From assembly GCA_963667665.2 (NCBI GenBank), contig OY763927.2:800001-864000 (forward strand): a DNA stretch of 64,000 nucleotides. Reading direction: 5' to 3'. Positions 30,494 to 41,830 of this stretch are shown here, piece after piece. Below the pieces are notes generated by a model. That model saw nothing but the letters and a program-made list of their open reading frames with translations, had not been told where the DNA came from and made no database searches. A program made the translations under genes and the position numbers. The DNA comes from Nitrosopumilus sp. GTDB taxonomy: Archaea > Thermoproteota > Nitrososphaeria > Nitrososphaerales > Nitrosopumilaceae. Within the stretch, counting starts at the first letter, position 1; each line of letters opens with the position of its first letter.

Positions 30494-32416
30494 TTATTTT
30501 GATTTTTCTTTAATTGATTTTTGAAGTTCTGCAAATACACTTTGAACTTCAGTTACGGCTGTACCATCCTCCAAAGTACTGACATCACCAATTGTTTCAT
30601 TATTTGCAATTGCTTTTAGTAATCTTCTCATAATTTTTCCACTTCGTGTCTTTGGAAGTTTTGAAACAAAATAGATTTGTTTAGGTGTTGCAATTGCACC
30701 AATATCATTACGTATTTTCTGTGAAAGTTCTTTTTCTAAATCATTAGAATTTTTTTTAACTCCATCTTTAAGAACAACAAACGCAATAATCACTTCACCT
30801 TTAATTTCATCAGGAATCCCACATACTGCAGACTCTGCAACATGCTTATGAGATACAATGCAGCTTTCAAGTTCTGCAGTTCCAATTTTATGACCTGCAA
30901 CTTTTAGAGCATCGTCTGCACGTCCAAGTATCCAAAGATACCCATCCTCATCTTTTAATGCATAATCGCCAGAATAGTAATAGTTTTCATATTTTGACCA
31001 ATACACATCTTTGTATTTTTCATCATCTCCCCACAATGTCAAAAGCATCCCAGGCCAAGGATTCTTGATTACAAGATATCCCTTTGTATTTGGAGATACA
31101 TCAGACCCATTTTCATCAACCACAGAGATATTTACGCCTGGAATTGGGTATGTTCCAGATCCAGGCTTTAGAGGAATTGTCTCTAATCCAGGTAATGGAG
31201 ATATCAGCATACCTCCAGTTTCAGTTTGCCACCAAGTATCAATAATTGGGCAATTTTCTTTTCCAATAATTTTAAAATACCATCTCCAAACTTCGGGATT
31301 AATTGGTTCTCCTACTGTTCCAAGTAAGCGAAGCGAAGAAAGATCAAAAGAGTTTGGAATATCATCCCCAAATTTCATAAACATTCTTAGAGCAGTAGGT
31401 GTTGTATAGAAAATTGTAACTTTGTATTTTTGTAAAATATCCCACATTCTTGATACATCAGGATAATCAGGTGCACCCTCATACATTATCTCAGTTGCAC
31501 CATGAAGTAATGGAGCATAGACAACATAACTGTGACCCGTAACCCAGCCAATATCAGCAGTACAGAAAAATACATCAGAATCTTTAATGTCAAATGCCCA
31601 CTTGAAAGTAGAATACAAATGTGTTAGATAACCACCAGTTCCATGTAAAACTCCTTTTGGTTTTCCAGTAGTTCCTGATGTGTATAAAATGTAAAGAGGA
31701 TGAGTGCTATCTAATTTTTCTGCATCACAATGATTAGATGCATCCTTCATCAAGTCATTCCAAAGTTTATCTTTTAATGTCATTGAAATTTCATTTTTTG
31801 TCCTCTCAAGAACTACAATATGCTCTACAAAATCAAAGTCTCTTATTGCTTCATCAACTACTTCTTTGAGTTTGACAATTTTGCCTCTTCTATATCCACC
31901 ATCAGCAGTAATGACTACTTTGGATTTAGAATCATCAATTCGATCTCTAATAGATACTGCACTAAAACCTGAAAAGACTACTGTATGTATTGCACCAATT
32001 CTTGCACAAGCCAACATTGCAATTGGTAATTCAGGTACCATTGGCAGATAGATTGTAACTCGGTCTCCTTTTTGAACACCTAATGATTTTAGAACGTTTG
32101 AGAATTTTTGGACTTGAATAAATAAATCACCATAAGATATTGTTCTTGATTCACCATTTTCTCCTTCCCATAATATAGCAGGTTTGTCAGCCTTGGTATC
32201 CTGATGCACATCAAGGGCGTTAAATGAGGCATTAATTGTGCCTCCAGCAAACCATTTGGCAAAGGGCGGTTGCCAATCAAGAGTCTTTGTCCAAGATGAA
32301 AACCAAAAGAGATTCTTGGCTTGCTCATCCCAAAAAGATACAAAATCAGAGTTTGCTTTTTTTCTTATTTCAGAGTCATTATGTCCAAGGCCAATATTGA
32401 AGATCTCAGACATCAA
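30494..32416 (-). CDS. acs: Acetyl-CoA synthetase (AMP-forming)
   Basis: [37 protein letters not shown]. Confidence 0.95.
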   Translation of the reverse strand: MMSEIFNIGLGHNDSEIRKKANSDFVSFWDEQAKNLFWFSSWTKTLDWQPPFAKWFAGGTINASFNALDVHQDTKADKPAILWEGENGESRTISYGDLFIQVQKFSNVLKSLGVQKGDRVTIYLPMVPELPIAMLACARIGAIHTVVFSGFSAVSIRDRIDDSKSKVVITADGGYRRGKIVKLKEVVDEAIRDFDFVEHIVVLERTKNEISMTLKDKLWNDLMKDASNHCDAEKLDSTHPLYILYTSGTTGKPKGVLHGTGGYLTHLYSTFKWAFDIKDSDVFFCTADIGWVTGHSYVVYAPLLHGATEIMYEGAPDYPDVSRMWDILQKYKVTIFYTTPTALRMFMKFGDDIPNSFDLSSLRLLGTVGEPINPEVWRWYFKIIGKENCPIIDTWWQTETGGMLISPLPGLETIPLKPGSGTYPIPGVNISVVDENGSDVSPNTKGYLVIKNPWPGMLLTLWGDDEKYKDVYWSKYENYYYSGDYALKDEDGYLWILGRADDALKVAGHKIGTAELESCIVSHKHVAESAVCGIPDEIKGEVIIAFVVLKDGVKKNSNDLEKELSQKIRNDIGAIATPKQIYFVSKLPKTRSGKIMRRLLKAIANNETIGDVSTLEDGTAVTEVQSVFAELQKSIKEKSK

Positions 32417-32471
32417 AAGATGTATGAACGTGGATCTTTCTAAATGTTAAAAAAAAATAAATTAAAAAAAA

Positions 32472-33362
32472 TTATTGTACTTCCATTCTAGCGAGCCAAT
32501 CATTATCGTTATCTTCTTTTGGAGTTTCTGGTGTCACCTGTTGGGGTGGTTTTGGAAATGTTGGTGCCACTTCAGATTCGTGTGGGGGTTCTGGAATAGA
32601 TTCTGGTATTGGCAGAGCATCTACTTTAATTGGTTCTGAAGGTGGATCTATTGATTCTGTTGGTGCTTCTGGAAGTATGGACTGAATTACTTGTTGTGAT
32701 TCAGGCGTCTCCAGATATGAAACGGCTGATTCTTGGATGTTTGGTTGTGAAGGTGCAGATATTTCTTGCATTTCTAATTCAAGATCTACAATTCTACTCT
32801 TTACATTTGCAATTTCTGCTTTTTCGTGAGTAGCACGCTCAATTACCTCATTTGTGCATGATTTCACGGTATCAAATGTCGTACTAGAGATTTCATTGCT
32901 CTTGAATTGTACATTTGCATCAAACATTAACATCTTTGCAGACTTCGTTTGTTCTTCTAACTCAGCCAATCTTTCATCAAGTTTAGCTCTGATTTCTCTT
33001 TCTGTTTCATCTAATGTTGCAAGTTTTGATTTGTATTTTTCATGAATGATTTCTGCATCTGCTTTCATATCATCATTTTCTGAAACAATACCAATCAATG
33101 CCTTTAGACGACGTAGAGTTAGTTGTTTTTCACGAATGAGTCTTTGAGAGTCGAGTCTCCATTTTGGAATGAAAATAACAACATCGTTTTGGACTACTAA
33201 TTGTTCATATTGGATTTGCTGTAATCCTTGTGAACCGCAGTCAATACCAATTGATTGGATACTACCATCAATGTCAGTTAATGTTCCTACGACTTTACCC
33301 ATGAATGTTCCGTACATGTCTTTGACGTTCTTACCGATAATTTCGATATCGTCGTTAGCCAT
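32472..33362 (-). CDS. cdvA: Cell division protein CdvA-like
   Basis: PRC-barrel IGKNVKDMYG...GKVVG, coiled coil, Pro-rich tail. Confidence 0.85.
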   Translation of the reverse strand: MANDDIEIIGKNVKDMYGTFMGKVVGTLTDIDGSIQSIGIDCGSQGLQQIQYEQLVVQNDVVIFIPKWRLDSQRLIREKQLTLRRLKALIGIVSENDDMKADAEIIHEKYKSKLATLDETEREIRAKLDERLAELEEQTKSAKMLMFDANVQFKSNEISSTTFDTVKSCTNEVIERATHEKAEIANVKSRIVDLELEMQEISAPSQPNIQESAVSYLETPESQQVIQSILPEAPTESIDPPSEPIKVDALPIPESIPEPPHESEVAPTFPKPPQQVTPETPKEDNDNDWLARMEVQ

Positions 33363-33495
33363 GTGAGATAGTTATGAGATTTGTATAACCGATAAAGAGT
33401 AAGTAATGTTGTTAGTTTTAGTAAGATTATTTTCACTAACTCAAAATTGGCTGATTTTCAGTAATTTTAAAATCTAGTGGCATAATAACAGTCTC

Positions 33496-33789
33496 ATGAT
33501 TCAACGAGAAGAACTAGAACAAATTCTAAATTTTGTCGCAAGTAGATGGGTAGAACTTACAAAAGATCCCGATAGTAAAAATCTTGAAAGTTTGCCAAAT
33601 GACTTTTGGATGAATTCAGTTGGCGGAAAAACTGCAAAAAATGGATACTGGATTACAGCATTAATGTATACAGAAAATGAAGCTGATGCAGCAGGTTTCA
33701 AAGAAGTGTTGTTAAGATGGCAAGCCAAAGGAAATGATAAAAATAGAGACAAAGGTCCCGATCTAATTCAAATTGGAAAAAAGAAATAG
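33496..33789 (+). CDS. Hypothetical protein
   Basis: 97-aa ORF directly upstream of thyX. Confidence 0.6.
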   Translation: MIQREELEQILNFVASRWVELTKDPDSKNLESLPNDFWMNSVGGKTAKNGYWITALMYTENEADAAGFKEVLLRWQAKGNDKNRDKGPDLIQIGKKK

Positions 33790-33800
33790 ACTATTAATAA

Positions 33801-35441
33801 TTGAAAAACTGCACACAATTATTGTCAGAGTTTTCAATTAAAGAAAAAAAGATTCTATCGGGACACTTTTCAAATACAGATGGCGATGTATTTGCAATAA
33901 TTACTCCTAAGCAAGTTGATCGTGGAGCATTGATGTCAAGATATAGTAGGACAAATAAAAGTATGCGAAGAATTTTTCTTGATGAGTTTTTAAAAAATAA
34001 AAACAGAGGAGAGGAATTTTACAACAGAGTTCTTTTAGAATACGGCGATGATTCTGTTGCAGAATTAGGTGAAGCACAAATTGCAATTGAAGGTCTATCA
34101 AATATTGCAGTAAAAAAGATTGAAGACAGAAGAATCGGATTATCTTATTTAGAAAAATCTTCAAGATATGTTGCATGGAACAAAAAAGAAAAAGGAAAGT
34201 ATAGATTTTACAGAGATTCTGAAATTATGAAATCAAGATTTGCAGATATGTATGAAGATACTTGTAATTTTTCATTTGATGTGTATTCAAAAAATATAGA
34301 ACCAATGATAAACTATGTCAGAGAAAAGTATCCTATAGAAAAATATAGTTTCAAAGATTCAACTGATGGAAAAGAAAAATTATTTTTTAAATTAAAAAAT
34401 GACATAGATGTAAAATCAGCCAACATGATTTACAAAGGTTCGACAAAAGCCAAAGCACTTGACATTCTTAGAGGATTGTTACCTGCATCAACTTTGACAA
34501 ACGTTGGAATCACAGGTAATGGCCGCGCATTTGAATATCTTTTAACAATTTTAGCCTCATCAGAACTAAAAGAAGAGCAAAATTTAGCCTCAAAAATCAA
34601 AAAAGAGTTGGATACAACCATCAAGTCATTTGTTAGACGAGCTGATGACAAATACGGTAAAGCATTTCAAAAGTATCTTAATGATATTAAAAATAAATCA
34701 AAATCAATTACTAAAAAAGAAATTAAACCAAAACCAACTATGGGGGTAATGACAAATCTTGTTGATTATGAATTAGAAAAAACTGCAATAGATAAAATTA
34801 TCACAAGTATATTTTATGAACAATCACCAAGTACATCGTATCAAAATATTTTACAACAAGTAAAAAAGATTTCAAAAGAAAATAAAACTAAAATAATTAA
34901 TGAATTTATAAAACTTCGAACAAATAGACGCCATAGACCATCAAGGGCATTTGAGAATATCTACTACACATTTGATTTATGTAATAACTTTGGAATGTTC
35001 AGAGATTTTCATAGACATAGAGCATTAACTCTAGAAAGACAACTTCTTACAACTGATCATGGGTATAATATTCCAAACGAAATTAAGATTCTTGGAATTG
35101 AAAAAGACTTTAAAGATTCCATGAATAAAACCAAAGAAACATTTGATAAGATTAGAAAAAAATATCCAGAACAAGGACAATATGTTGTAAACTTTGCATA
35201 TAATTATCCATATTTTATGAAATTCAATCTTAGAGAAGCTTGTCATCTAATTGAATTAAGAACAGTTCCACAAGGACATGTAGATTATAGAGAAGTTGCA
35301 CAACAAATGTTCAAACAGATAAACAAAGTACATCCTAATTTGAGTAAAATTATGAAATTTGTTGATTTAAAGAAATATGATTTAGAAAGATTCGAAGCAG
35401 AAAAGAGAACTGAAGAGAAAAGAAAGAAATTAAAGAACTAG
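33801..35441 (+). CDS. thyX: FAD-dependent thymidylate synthase (long, duplicated Thy1)
   Basis: [39 protein letters not shown]. Confidence 0.92.
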   Translation: MKNCTQLLSEFSIKEKKILSGHFSNTDGDVFAIITPKQVDRGALMSRYSRTNKSMRRIFLDEFLKNKNRGEEFYNRVLLEYGDDSVAELGEAQIAIEGLSNIAVKKIEDRRIGLSYLEKSSRYVAWNKKEKGKYRFYRDSEIMKSRFADMYEDTCNFSFDVYSKNIEPMINYVREKYPIEKYSFKDSTDGKEKLFFKLKNDIDVKSANMIYKGSTKAKALDILRGLLPASTLTNVGITGNGRAFEYLLTILASSELKEEQNLASKIKKELDTTIKSFVRRADDKYGKAFQKYLNDIKNKSKSITKKEIKPKPTMGVMTNLVDYELEKTAIDKIITSIFYEQSPSTSYQNILQQVKKISKENKTKIINEFIKLRTNRRHRPSRAFENIYYTFDLCNNFGMFRDFHRHRALTLERQLLTTDHGYNIPNEIKILGIEKDFKDSMNKTKETFDKIRKKYPEQGQYVVNFAYNYPYFMKFNLREACHLIELRTVPQGHVDYREVAQQMFKQINKVHPNLSKIMKFVDLKKYDLERFEAEKRTEEKRKKLKN

Positions 35442-35477
35442 AAAAATATTCTAATACCAAAAGACAGTGAATATACT

Positions 35478-35879
35478 ATGACAGAGAAAATTACAAAAAC
35501 ACATGAAGAATGGAAAAAGACACTAACACCTGATCAATATGAGATTTGTATCAATCATGGAACAGAACCACCTTTTTCTGGAAAATACAATGACAGTAAA
35601 TTTGAAGGTGATTACAAGTGTGTATGTTGTGGAGAAGAACTTTTTTCATCAGATACAAAGTTTGATTCAGGTTCAGGTTGGCCAAGTTTTTGGAAACCAA
35701 TCTCCGAAGATAAAATAGAATACATCTCAAATACAGAACATGGAATGGTTCGTACAGAAGTTAACTGTAAAAAATGTGGAGCCCATCTAGGTCATGTATT
35801 TGATGACGGTCCAAAACCTACAAACTCGAGATATTGTATCAATTCTATCTCATTGCATCATGAAAAAGACAATGATTAG
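35478..35879 (+). CDS. msrB: Methionine-R-sulfoxide reductase
   Basis: GTEPPF, KFDSGSGWPSF, HLGHVFDDGP, RYCINS. Confidence 0.97.
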   Translation: MTEKITKTHEEWKKTLTPDQYEICINHGTEPPFSGKYNDSKFEGDYKCVCCGEELFSSDTKFDSGSGWPSFWKPISEDKIEYISNTEHGMVRTEVNCKKCGAHLGHVFDDGPKPTNSRYCINSISLHHEKDND

Positions 35880-35924
35880 TAATTTGGTTGACGTTATTGT
35901 GAAAAAATTATTTTAGAAATTTGA

Positions 35925-36260
35925 CTATAAAGCGTCTTCGTCTGTTTGTTTATCTTTAATTTTTATAATTTTATCAACATTAAAGGTAAACACAACACCG
36001 TCTCCTTTCTGACCGGTACTTGCAGCATTTTGTATAGTGTTAATAATTTTTTCTTCATCCTTATCTGCACAAAGAATTTCTATTTTTGTTTTAGGAATAA
36101 AATCACTTGTCTTGTTTTTTAATCCTTCATGAGCCCTATGAATTCCTGTAATTTGAACTTGATATGCTGAAAAAGTTGGAATGCCTATTTCAGCTAATTC
36201 ATCTTGAATTTCATGTAAGACGGAATTTCTAACTATAGCCTCAATTTTTCTCATAAACAA
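35925..36260 (-). CDS. P-II family regulator
   Basis: RKIEAIVR, PKTKIEI, TGQKGDG. Confidence 0.88.
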   Translation of the reverse strand: MFMRKIEAIVRNSVLHEIQDELAEIGIPTFSAYQVQITGIHRAHEGLKNKTSDFIPKTKIEILCADKDEEKIINTIQNAASTGQKGDGVVFTFNVDKIIKIKDKQTDEDAL

Positions 36261-36391
36261 TGTAATTTTGAGGTATCATAAAACTTTTTCTTACCTTCAT
36301 AAATATCATAAAATTAAAATGCCTATTTTAATTCAAAGTCCAAGTTTACAATAGTTTAAGTAAGACACGATTTCACCCAATTTAGATAGAT

Positions 36392-36823
36392 ATGCCATTT
36401 GATAGAGAAAGAGAAATGTTTGACGCAAAATGTGCTGACTGTGGAAATGATTGTCAGATACCATTCAAACCAAAAGACGACAGACCTGTTTATTGCAGAG
36501 AATGTTTCCAAAATCATAAACCAGCACCAAGAAGTGGTGGTGGCTATGGTGGAAAATCAGGTGGTGGCTATGGTGGAAGATCAGGTGGTGGCTATGGTGG
36601 AAGATCAGGTGGTGGCTATGGTGGAAGATCAGGTGGTGGCTATGGTGGAAGATCAGGTGGTGGCTATGGTGGAAGATCAGGTGGCGATGGTAGAAGAGAT
36701 GACAGACCACGAGAAATGTTTGACGCAAAATGTGCTGACTGTGGAAATGATTGTCAGATACCATTCAAACCAAAAGACGACAGACCTGTTTATTGCAGAG
36801 AATGTTTCCAAAATCACAGATAA
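36392..36823 (+). CDS. CxxC-x17-CxxC domain protein with Gly-rich linker
   Basis: Two CADC...PFKP...PVYCREC domains around SGGGYGGR repeats. Confidence 0.92.
   Translation: MPFDREREMFDAKCADCGNDCQIPFKPKDDRPVYCRECFQNHKPAPRSGGGYGGKSGGGYGGRSGGGYGGRSGGGYGGRSGGGYGGRSGGGYGGRSGGDGRRDDRPREMFDAKCADCGNDCQIPFKPKDDRPVYCRECFQNHR
36411..36816 (+). repeat. Identical 106-bp direct repeat (36411-36516, 36711-36816) enclosing a 24-bp tandem repeat
   Basis: Direct comparison; unit ggtggtggctatggtggaagatca, about six copies. Confidence 0.95.
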
Positions 36824-36928
36824 AATTACTAAATTGTTTTGAGTAAGTATTATACACAATTAATTATATTAAAATCAAAAGTATAATAAAATGAACTGTA
36901 ATTATACATCAAAAAGGAATGAAGTGCT

Positions 36929-37939
36929 TTGAGAATAATACTATGTGGATTTGGGGTTGTTGGTCAAAGTCTAGTTAAATTATTTGATTCAAGATCAGAG
37001 GATCTCTATGCAAAATATGGACTAAAGCCAAGAATAGTAGGAGTTTTCGATAGTAAAGGAAGTGCAGTAGACCAATTAGGATTAGAATTCAGAAAACTTG
37101 TTGAAGTAAAGAAAAAGTTTGGAACAGTAAAAAATTATGCAAATATAAAAAATACAATGTCCGGTACTGAGATTATAAAAAATATCGAGGCAGACGTGTT
37201 AATTGAAACTACTGCAAGTAACTACAAAGATGCAGAACCTGGAATGACACACATTACAACTGCTATGAAAAAAGGTATGCATGTGATTTCTGTAAATAAA
37301 GGACCTCTCGCATTAGCATTTCCATCACTTATGGAACTTGCCACATACAATCAAGTTTTGTTGAAATTTAGTGGAACTGTTGGAGGAGGAACCCCAATTC
37401 TAGACTATGCTAAAAACAGTCTAAGTGGTGAAAGAATAATATCATTTTCAGGAATCCTAAATGGAACCACAAATTACATTTTATCAAATATGACTACAGG
37501 ATTGTCTTTTGATGAATCACTCAAGGATGCTAAAGGTAAGGGGTATGTAGAAGCTGATGAATCTTTAGATTTAGATGGATTAGATGCTGCTGCCAAACTG
37601 GTAATTCTTGCAAATTGGGTAATGGGAATGAAAGTTACAATGCCAGATATTAACTGTACAGGAATACGAAAGGTTACAACAGAGGATATTAAAAAAGCAG
37701 CCAAAAATAATTGTGCTGTAAAACTAATTGCATCATGTAACAAAGAACTTGTTGTAGGTCCAAAAGAAGTATCAAATGAAGATCCGCTTTGTGTTAATGG
37801 AACACTAAATGCAATTGCTTTTACTTCAGAGCATTCAGGTACACAGACAATTATTGGGAAAGGAGCTGGTGGAACGGAAACTGCTAGTTCCATTCTAAGA
37901 GATTTGTTAGACATTAGACAAGAGATTGCAAAAACTTGA
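36929..37939 (+). CDS. hom: Homoserine dehydrogenase
   Basis: GFGVVG, NKGP, TVGGGTP, GILNGTTNYIL, GKGAGG.ETA. Confidence 0.96.
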   Translation: MRIILCGFGVVGQSLVKLFDSRSEDLYAKYGLKPRIVGVFDSKGSAVDQLGLEFRKLVEVKKKFGTVKNYANIKNTMSGTEIIKNIEADVLIETTASNYKDAEPGMTHITTAMKKGMHVISVNKGPLALAFPSLMELATYNQVLLKFSGTVGGGTPILDYAKNSLSGERIISFSGILNGTTNYILSNMTTGLSFDESLKDAKGKGYVEADESLDLDGLDAAAKLVILANWVMGMKVTMPDINCTGIRKVTTEDIKKAAKNNCAVKLIASCNKELVVGPKEVSNEDPLCVNGTLNAIAFTSEHSGTQTIIGKGAGGTETASSILRDLLDIRQEIAKT

Positions 37940-38412
37940 AATCCAATCTAATTTCAAAGAGTGAGACATCAGCAGTTCTAAAAACAGTATCAGAGAGTTG
38001 GGGAATCGAATGTCCTAAATTAAAAAATCTCAAAGTTCATCAAATTTCAGATGAGGCACAAATCATCATAGGGAAAGGAATAAAGATTTTAAAAATTCAT
38101 AATGATTATTTACCATTTTTATCCGAAATTGATACTCTGGAAAAATTTCCAAATGTTATGGTGGATATGGGAGCTATCAAATTCATGTGTAAAGGAGCAA
38201 ATGTTATGAGACCAGGAATTAAACAATTTACAGAATTTGAAAAAGACAAGATTGTTTGTATAGTAGAGGAATCTCAACACAAATTTTTAGCAGTTGGAAA
38301 GGCAATGGTTTCTAGTTCAGAGTTGGAAAATATGGAAAAAGGTGAAGTAGTAAAAAATTTGCATTATATTTCAGATAAATTTTGGGAAACTGGAAAAACA
38401 ATTTATGATTAA
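37936..38412 (+). CDS. PUA-domain RNA-binding protein
   Basis: VDMGAIKFMCKGANVMRPGI, HYISD. Confidence 0.9.
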   Translation: MKSNLISKSETSAVLKTVSESWGIECPKLKNLKVHQISDEAQIIIGKGIKILKIHNDYLPFLSEIDTLEKFPNVMVDMGAIKFMCKGANVMRPGIKQFTEFEKDKIVCIVEESQHKFLAVGKAMVSSSELENMEKGEVVKNLHYISDKFWETGKTIYD

Positions 38413-38441
38413 AATTATATTTTTGAAATTAAAATCTGAAT

Positions 38442-39038
38442 TTATTTGATATCTTCTGTGAATTCTTCAGTGCCATCTTTAGTGATAACAAGAACATCTA
38501 AACCATCACCACTTGCTGAGTCTCTCAGAGCTGCTGAACGAACTGCACGTTTGGCCAAGTCAATTGCTTCATCTTTTGTCATGTTTGCTTTGAATTGAGG
38601 GTCCAATACACCTAATGCCATTTCAGCACCAGTTCCAACTGCTGCATATTCATCAGGAAGAACAGAACCTAATGGGTCAAGAGTATACATGATTGGTTTG
38701 TCAACTACACCGCCAACAATTACTTGGGTCAATAATGGGAAGTATCTTCGTTCATACATCATATTTGACATCATTTTAGCAACAGTATTTGGAGGTACAT
38801 CTCTTTTAATTTCCATTTTTCTGATTTTTGCAAGAGCTGAAATTTGTAAGGTTAAGATTTGCATATCTGCCACAAGGCCGGCACAAGTTGCACCTACTTT
38901 GGGAGTTATAGAAAATGTTTTCTTGGTTGATTTGCTTACAAGGAAGTTTCCAAATGCGATCCTTTTCTCGCTGGCAAAAACAACACCACCATCAAAAGTA
39001 ATTCCAACAGCAGTTGCTCCTGGCATATACATTGACAT
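38442..39038 (-). CDS. psmB: Proteasome beta subunit
   Basis: GATAVGI, GLVADMQ, DPLGS, RDSASGDG. Confidence 0.95.
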   Translation of the reverse strand: MSMYMPGATAVGITFDGGVVFASEKRIAFGNFLVSKSTKKTFSITPKVGATCAGLVADMQILTLQISALAKIRKMEIKRDVPPNTVAKMMSNMMYERRYFPLLTQVIVGGVVDKPIMYTLDPLGSVLPDEYAAVGTGAEMALGVLDPQFKANMTKDEAIDLAKRAVRSAALRDSASGDGLDVLVITKDGTEEFTEDIK

Positions 39039-39132
39039 AATTCAAATAATTTTGCAGTATAATAAAGGGCTTTCTACATGTCAAGCATAATTATGAGTAA
39101 AATAATTATACTAGAAATTTCAATTAGTTATA

Positions 39133-39549
39133 TTGACTACAAGTGAGATTAAAGAGAAAATCCTCAACGACATTGTCTTTATGGGTTTAAGATCAGCCAT
39201 AGGCGTAATCTTTATCGTTCATGGAATCAGTAAATTCAATCCAGGATTTGCAGACTTTTTGCCAATGATTGGACTTCCAGTAGAAATGCAAATTCCAATT
39301 GCATTAGCAGAATTAATTCCAGGAATTTTGTTAGTTACAGGAGTTCTCAGTAGATTATCTGCATCATTACTTTGTATCATTATGTTAGGTGCTATTTTCC
39401 ATGTCAAAGGAGCTCAAAGCTTAACAGGTGAAATGGGAGTAGAGCTTGATTTGATTCTTCTTGCATCATCTATAGTAATTATGATTGCAGGACCAGGAAG
39501 AATTTCACTTGCACACATTATTAAAAAAATACCTAGATATCTTCACTAG
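39133..39549 (+). CDS. DoxX family membrane protein
   Basis: LR..IG.IFIVHGISK, GVELDL, GPGRISL. Confidence 0.9.
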   Translation: MTTSEIKEKILNDIVFMGLRSAIGVIFIVHGISKFNPGFADFLPMIGLPVEMQIPIALAELIPGILLVTGVLSRLSASLLCIIMLGAIFHVKGAQSLTGEMGVELDLILLASSIVIMIAGPGRISLAHIIKKIPRYLH

Positions 39550-40907
39550 TTTTTTCCAAAGTTTTCCATAATCAAACAGATACACTTTGTTGTTTTCTTT
39601 AACAAATCAACTCTGGCAAATTCATTTGGAGAATGAATTCTAGAAAACATGTATGTACTTCCTATCGATATACAGGGAGCCTTTAGAATATCAACAAATG
39701 GATACATTGGACCAGTTCCAGCATTTGAAACATTTAGTATAGATTTTCCAAATGATTTGTCTGCTGCTTCTTTTACCTGAGCAACAAATGGTTCGGAAGA
39801 ACTGGTTCTGGCAGCTGCCTCACCATGAAATATTTTGATTTTAACATCACTGAATCCTTTAGATTTGAGATGTCTTTTTAATCTCATTACTTGTTTTTTT
39901 GGATCCATTTTAGGTACCAATCTAAAATCAATTTTGACTAGTGCATCACCTGGAAGAACTGTTTTTGCCCCATTACCAGTATACCCAGAAACAAATCCTG
40001 CAATGTTACACGTAGCGCCACCAACTAAAGCCTTTTTTGCATCCATTCCTTTTTTGCCCCCTACAAAAGATTTGATACCAAATTCCTTTTTGAAAACATT
40101 TTCATCAAATGGTTCTTTTCGAATTAGTTCCAAGTCTTTTTTCGAGAATGGTGTAACTTCTTTGTACCAATCTTTTATGAGAATTTTTCCATTTGAATCT
40201 CGAAGTGTCTTGATGGCATCAATTAATCTCCATGCAGGATTTTTTATCAATACTGCCAAACTTGAATGAGCATCAATAATTGATTCCTTTATGGATAATT
40301 CAACAAACAGTAATCCTTTCATTCCAAGACCAATTATGGGTCTGTTTTTTGCATCAACGTATCCAAATTCCCAAATTACTCCATCGCATGAAAATTTCTT
40401 TTTGTATTTTTTTAAATATTCTTCAATGTGAGCGCTGCCGGTTTCTTCTTCACCTTCAATTACAAATTTTATGTTACAAGGAACATCACCTGTAGTTTTC
40501 AGATATGCCTCAACTGCTTTGATTCTTGTAATTAATTCACCTTTATCATCAGTTGCACCACGCCCAAAGATCTTGTTTCCTTTTCTTGTGCCACTAAATG
40601 GAGGGTAGTCCCACAAATCAAAGGGTTCAGCTGGTTGTACATCATAATGATTGTAAAACATCAGAGTCTTTGTTGGGTTTTGTTTTGACTTTATTTCACC
40701 ATAAACAATAGGGGCTACTCCCTTTTTCAATCGTAAGATTTCAGATTTTAAGCCAGATTTTTTTAATAATTTTTTTACAAGTTTTGCGCATTCCTCAATT
40801 CCTTCATTTTTTGCTGAAACACTTGGTTGTCGTATGAGCATTTGTAGGTCTGAAATGAGGTTATCTAGGTTGGAATCTACGTGTTTTAGTGCATTCATGT
40901 AAATCAC
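39546..40907 (-). CDS. M20/M25/M40 metallo-hydrolase
   Basis: YNHYDVQP, GRGATDDKG, EGEEETGS, HSPNE. Confidence 0.95.
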   Translation of the reverse strand: MIYMNALKHVDSNLDNLISDLQMLIRQPSVSAKNEGIEECAKLVKKLLKKSGLKSEILRLKKGVAPIVYGEIKSKQNPTKTLMFYNHYDVQPAEPFDLWDYPPFSGTRKGNKIFGRGATDDKGELITRIKAVEAYLKTTGDVPCNIKFVIEGEEETGSAHIEEYLKKYKKKFSCDGVIWEFGYVDAKNRPIIGLGMKGLLFVELSIKESIIDAHSSLAVLIKNPAWRLIDAIKTLRDSNGKILIKDWYKEVTPFSKKDLELIRKEPFDENVFKKEFGIKSFVGGKKGMDAKKALVGGATCNIAGFVSGYTGNGAKTVLPGDALVKIDFRLVPKMDPKKQVMRLKRHLKSKGFSDVKIKIFHGEAAARTSSSEPFVAQVKEAADKSFGKSILNVSNAGTGPMYPFVDILKAPCISIGSTYMFSRIHSPNEFARVDLLKKTTKCICLIMENFGKN

Positions 40908-41767
40908 ACAATCTTATCAAATGGTTTCATCACAGATGGAATCGCATCTAAAAGGTCCATTGATGTCATATGTAATCCTAATTTCTTTTGAACTGCTTTT
41001 CCTGCCAATCCATTGATGAAGGTAGCTGCTGCTGCAGATTCTAAAGTATTACGATTTTTGGATAGCATTCCTGCAACTAACCCTGAAAGAACATCTCCTG
41101 TACCACCAACAGTCATTGCAGGAATTTTTTTCTCATAAAGATATGTGGTTGTACCATTTGAAATAACATCTACTGCACCTTTTAGTAAAACTGTAATTCC
41201 ATGTTTCTTTGCATTTTTTTCTACCAGCTTTATTCGCTCATTTTTTGAGTTAGAAGGTATGTCTCCAAATAACCGCTTAAATTCTCCAGCATGTGGAGTC
41301 ACTACAACATTTTTGTTTGCTAAATGAGGGACAACTTCAGGAATTAATGCACTTGCATCTAATGATAATCTAACATCTCTATCTAAAAGGGATTTAACTA
41401 AAAGTAATAATGCATTTTTATCTTGTATTGCAAGACCCATGCCAATTGTTGCAGAATCTAGATTTCTAGGTAAAGCACCTACAAGTTTGTTTACAGCGCC
41501 ACGAGTTAATTTTTGATCAACTAAAGGAATGACAATAAGATTTGGAGAACTTGCACGTGTTGCTGATACGTTGATTTTTGGAACAGAAGTATAAACTAAA
41601 TCAGTTCCACATCGAAGTGCAGCAAGTGAGGATAAAATAGGAGCACCATGATAGACATAGCTCCCACCAACTACCAATACAATTCCATTATCACCTTTTC
41701 TAGACTTTGATTTTCTTGCAGGAATGAATTTCTTAACAATAGATGTTGAAAGATTTTTTCTCACCAT
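40904..41767 (-). CDS. nnrD: ADP-dependent NAD(P)H-hydrate dehydratase
   Basis: KGDNG.VLVVGGS, TPHAGEF, GGTGDVLSG. Confidence 0.93.
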   Translation of the reverse strand: MVRKNLSTSIVKKFIPARKSKSRKGDNGIVLVVGGSYVYHGAPILSSLAALRCGTDLVYTSVPKINVSATRASSPNLIVIPLVDQKLTRGAVNKLVGALPRNLDSATIGMGLAIQDKNALLLLVKSLLDRDVRLSLDASALIPEVVPHLANKNVVVTPHAGEFKRLFGDIPSNSKNERIKLVEKNAKKHGITVLLKGAVDVISNGTTTYLYEKKIPAMTVGGTGDVLSGLVAGMLSKNRNTLESAAAATFINGLAGKAVQKKLGLHMTSMDLLDAIPSVMKPFDKIV

Positions 41768-41830
41768 TACAATATACTCTAAAAAATAGAGGAATAAATC
41801 TTGTTTTGGAGTTTGAATAAATAATTGAGG

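Noticed and set aside
36399-36842. VVAMVEDQ and His-rich alternative-frame ORFs
   Set aside because: Frame shadows of the 24-bp repeat
38442-39038. Proteasome beta with Ala in place of the catalytic Thr (G-ATAVG)
   Set aside because: Non-catalytic second beta subunits are known in archaea
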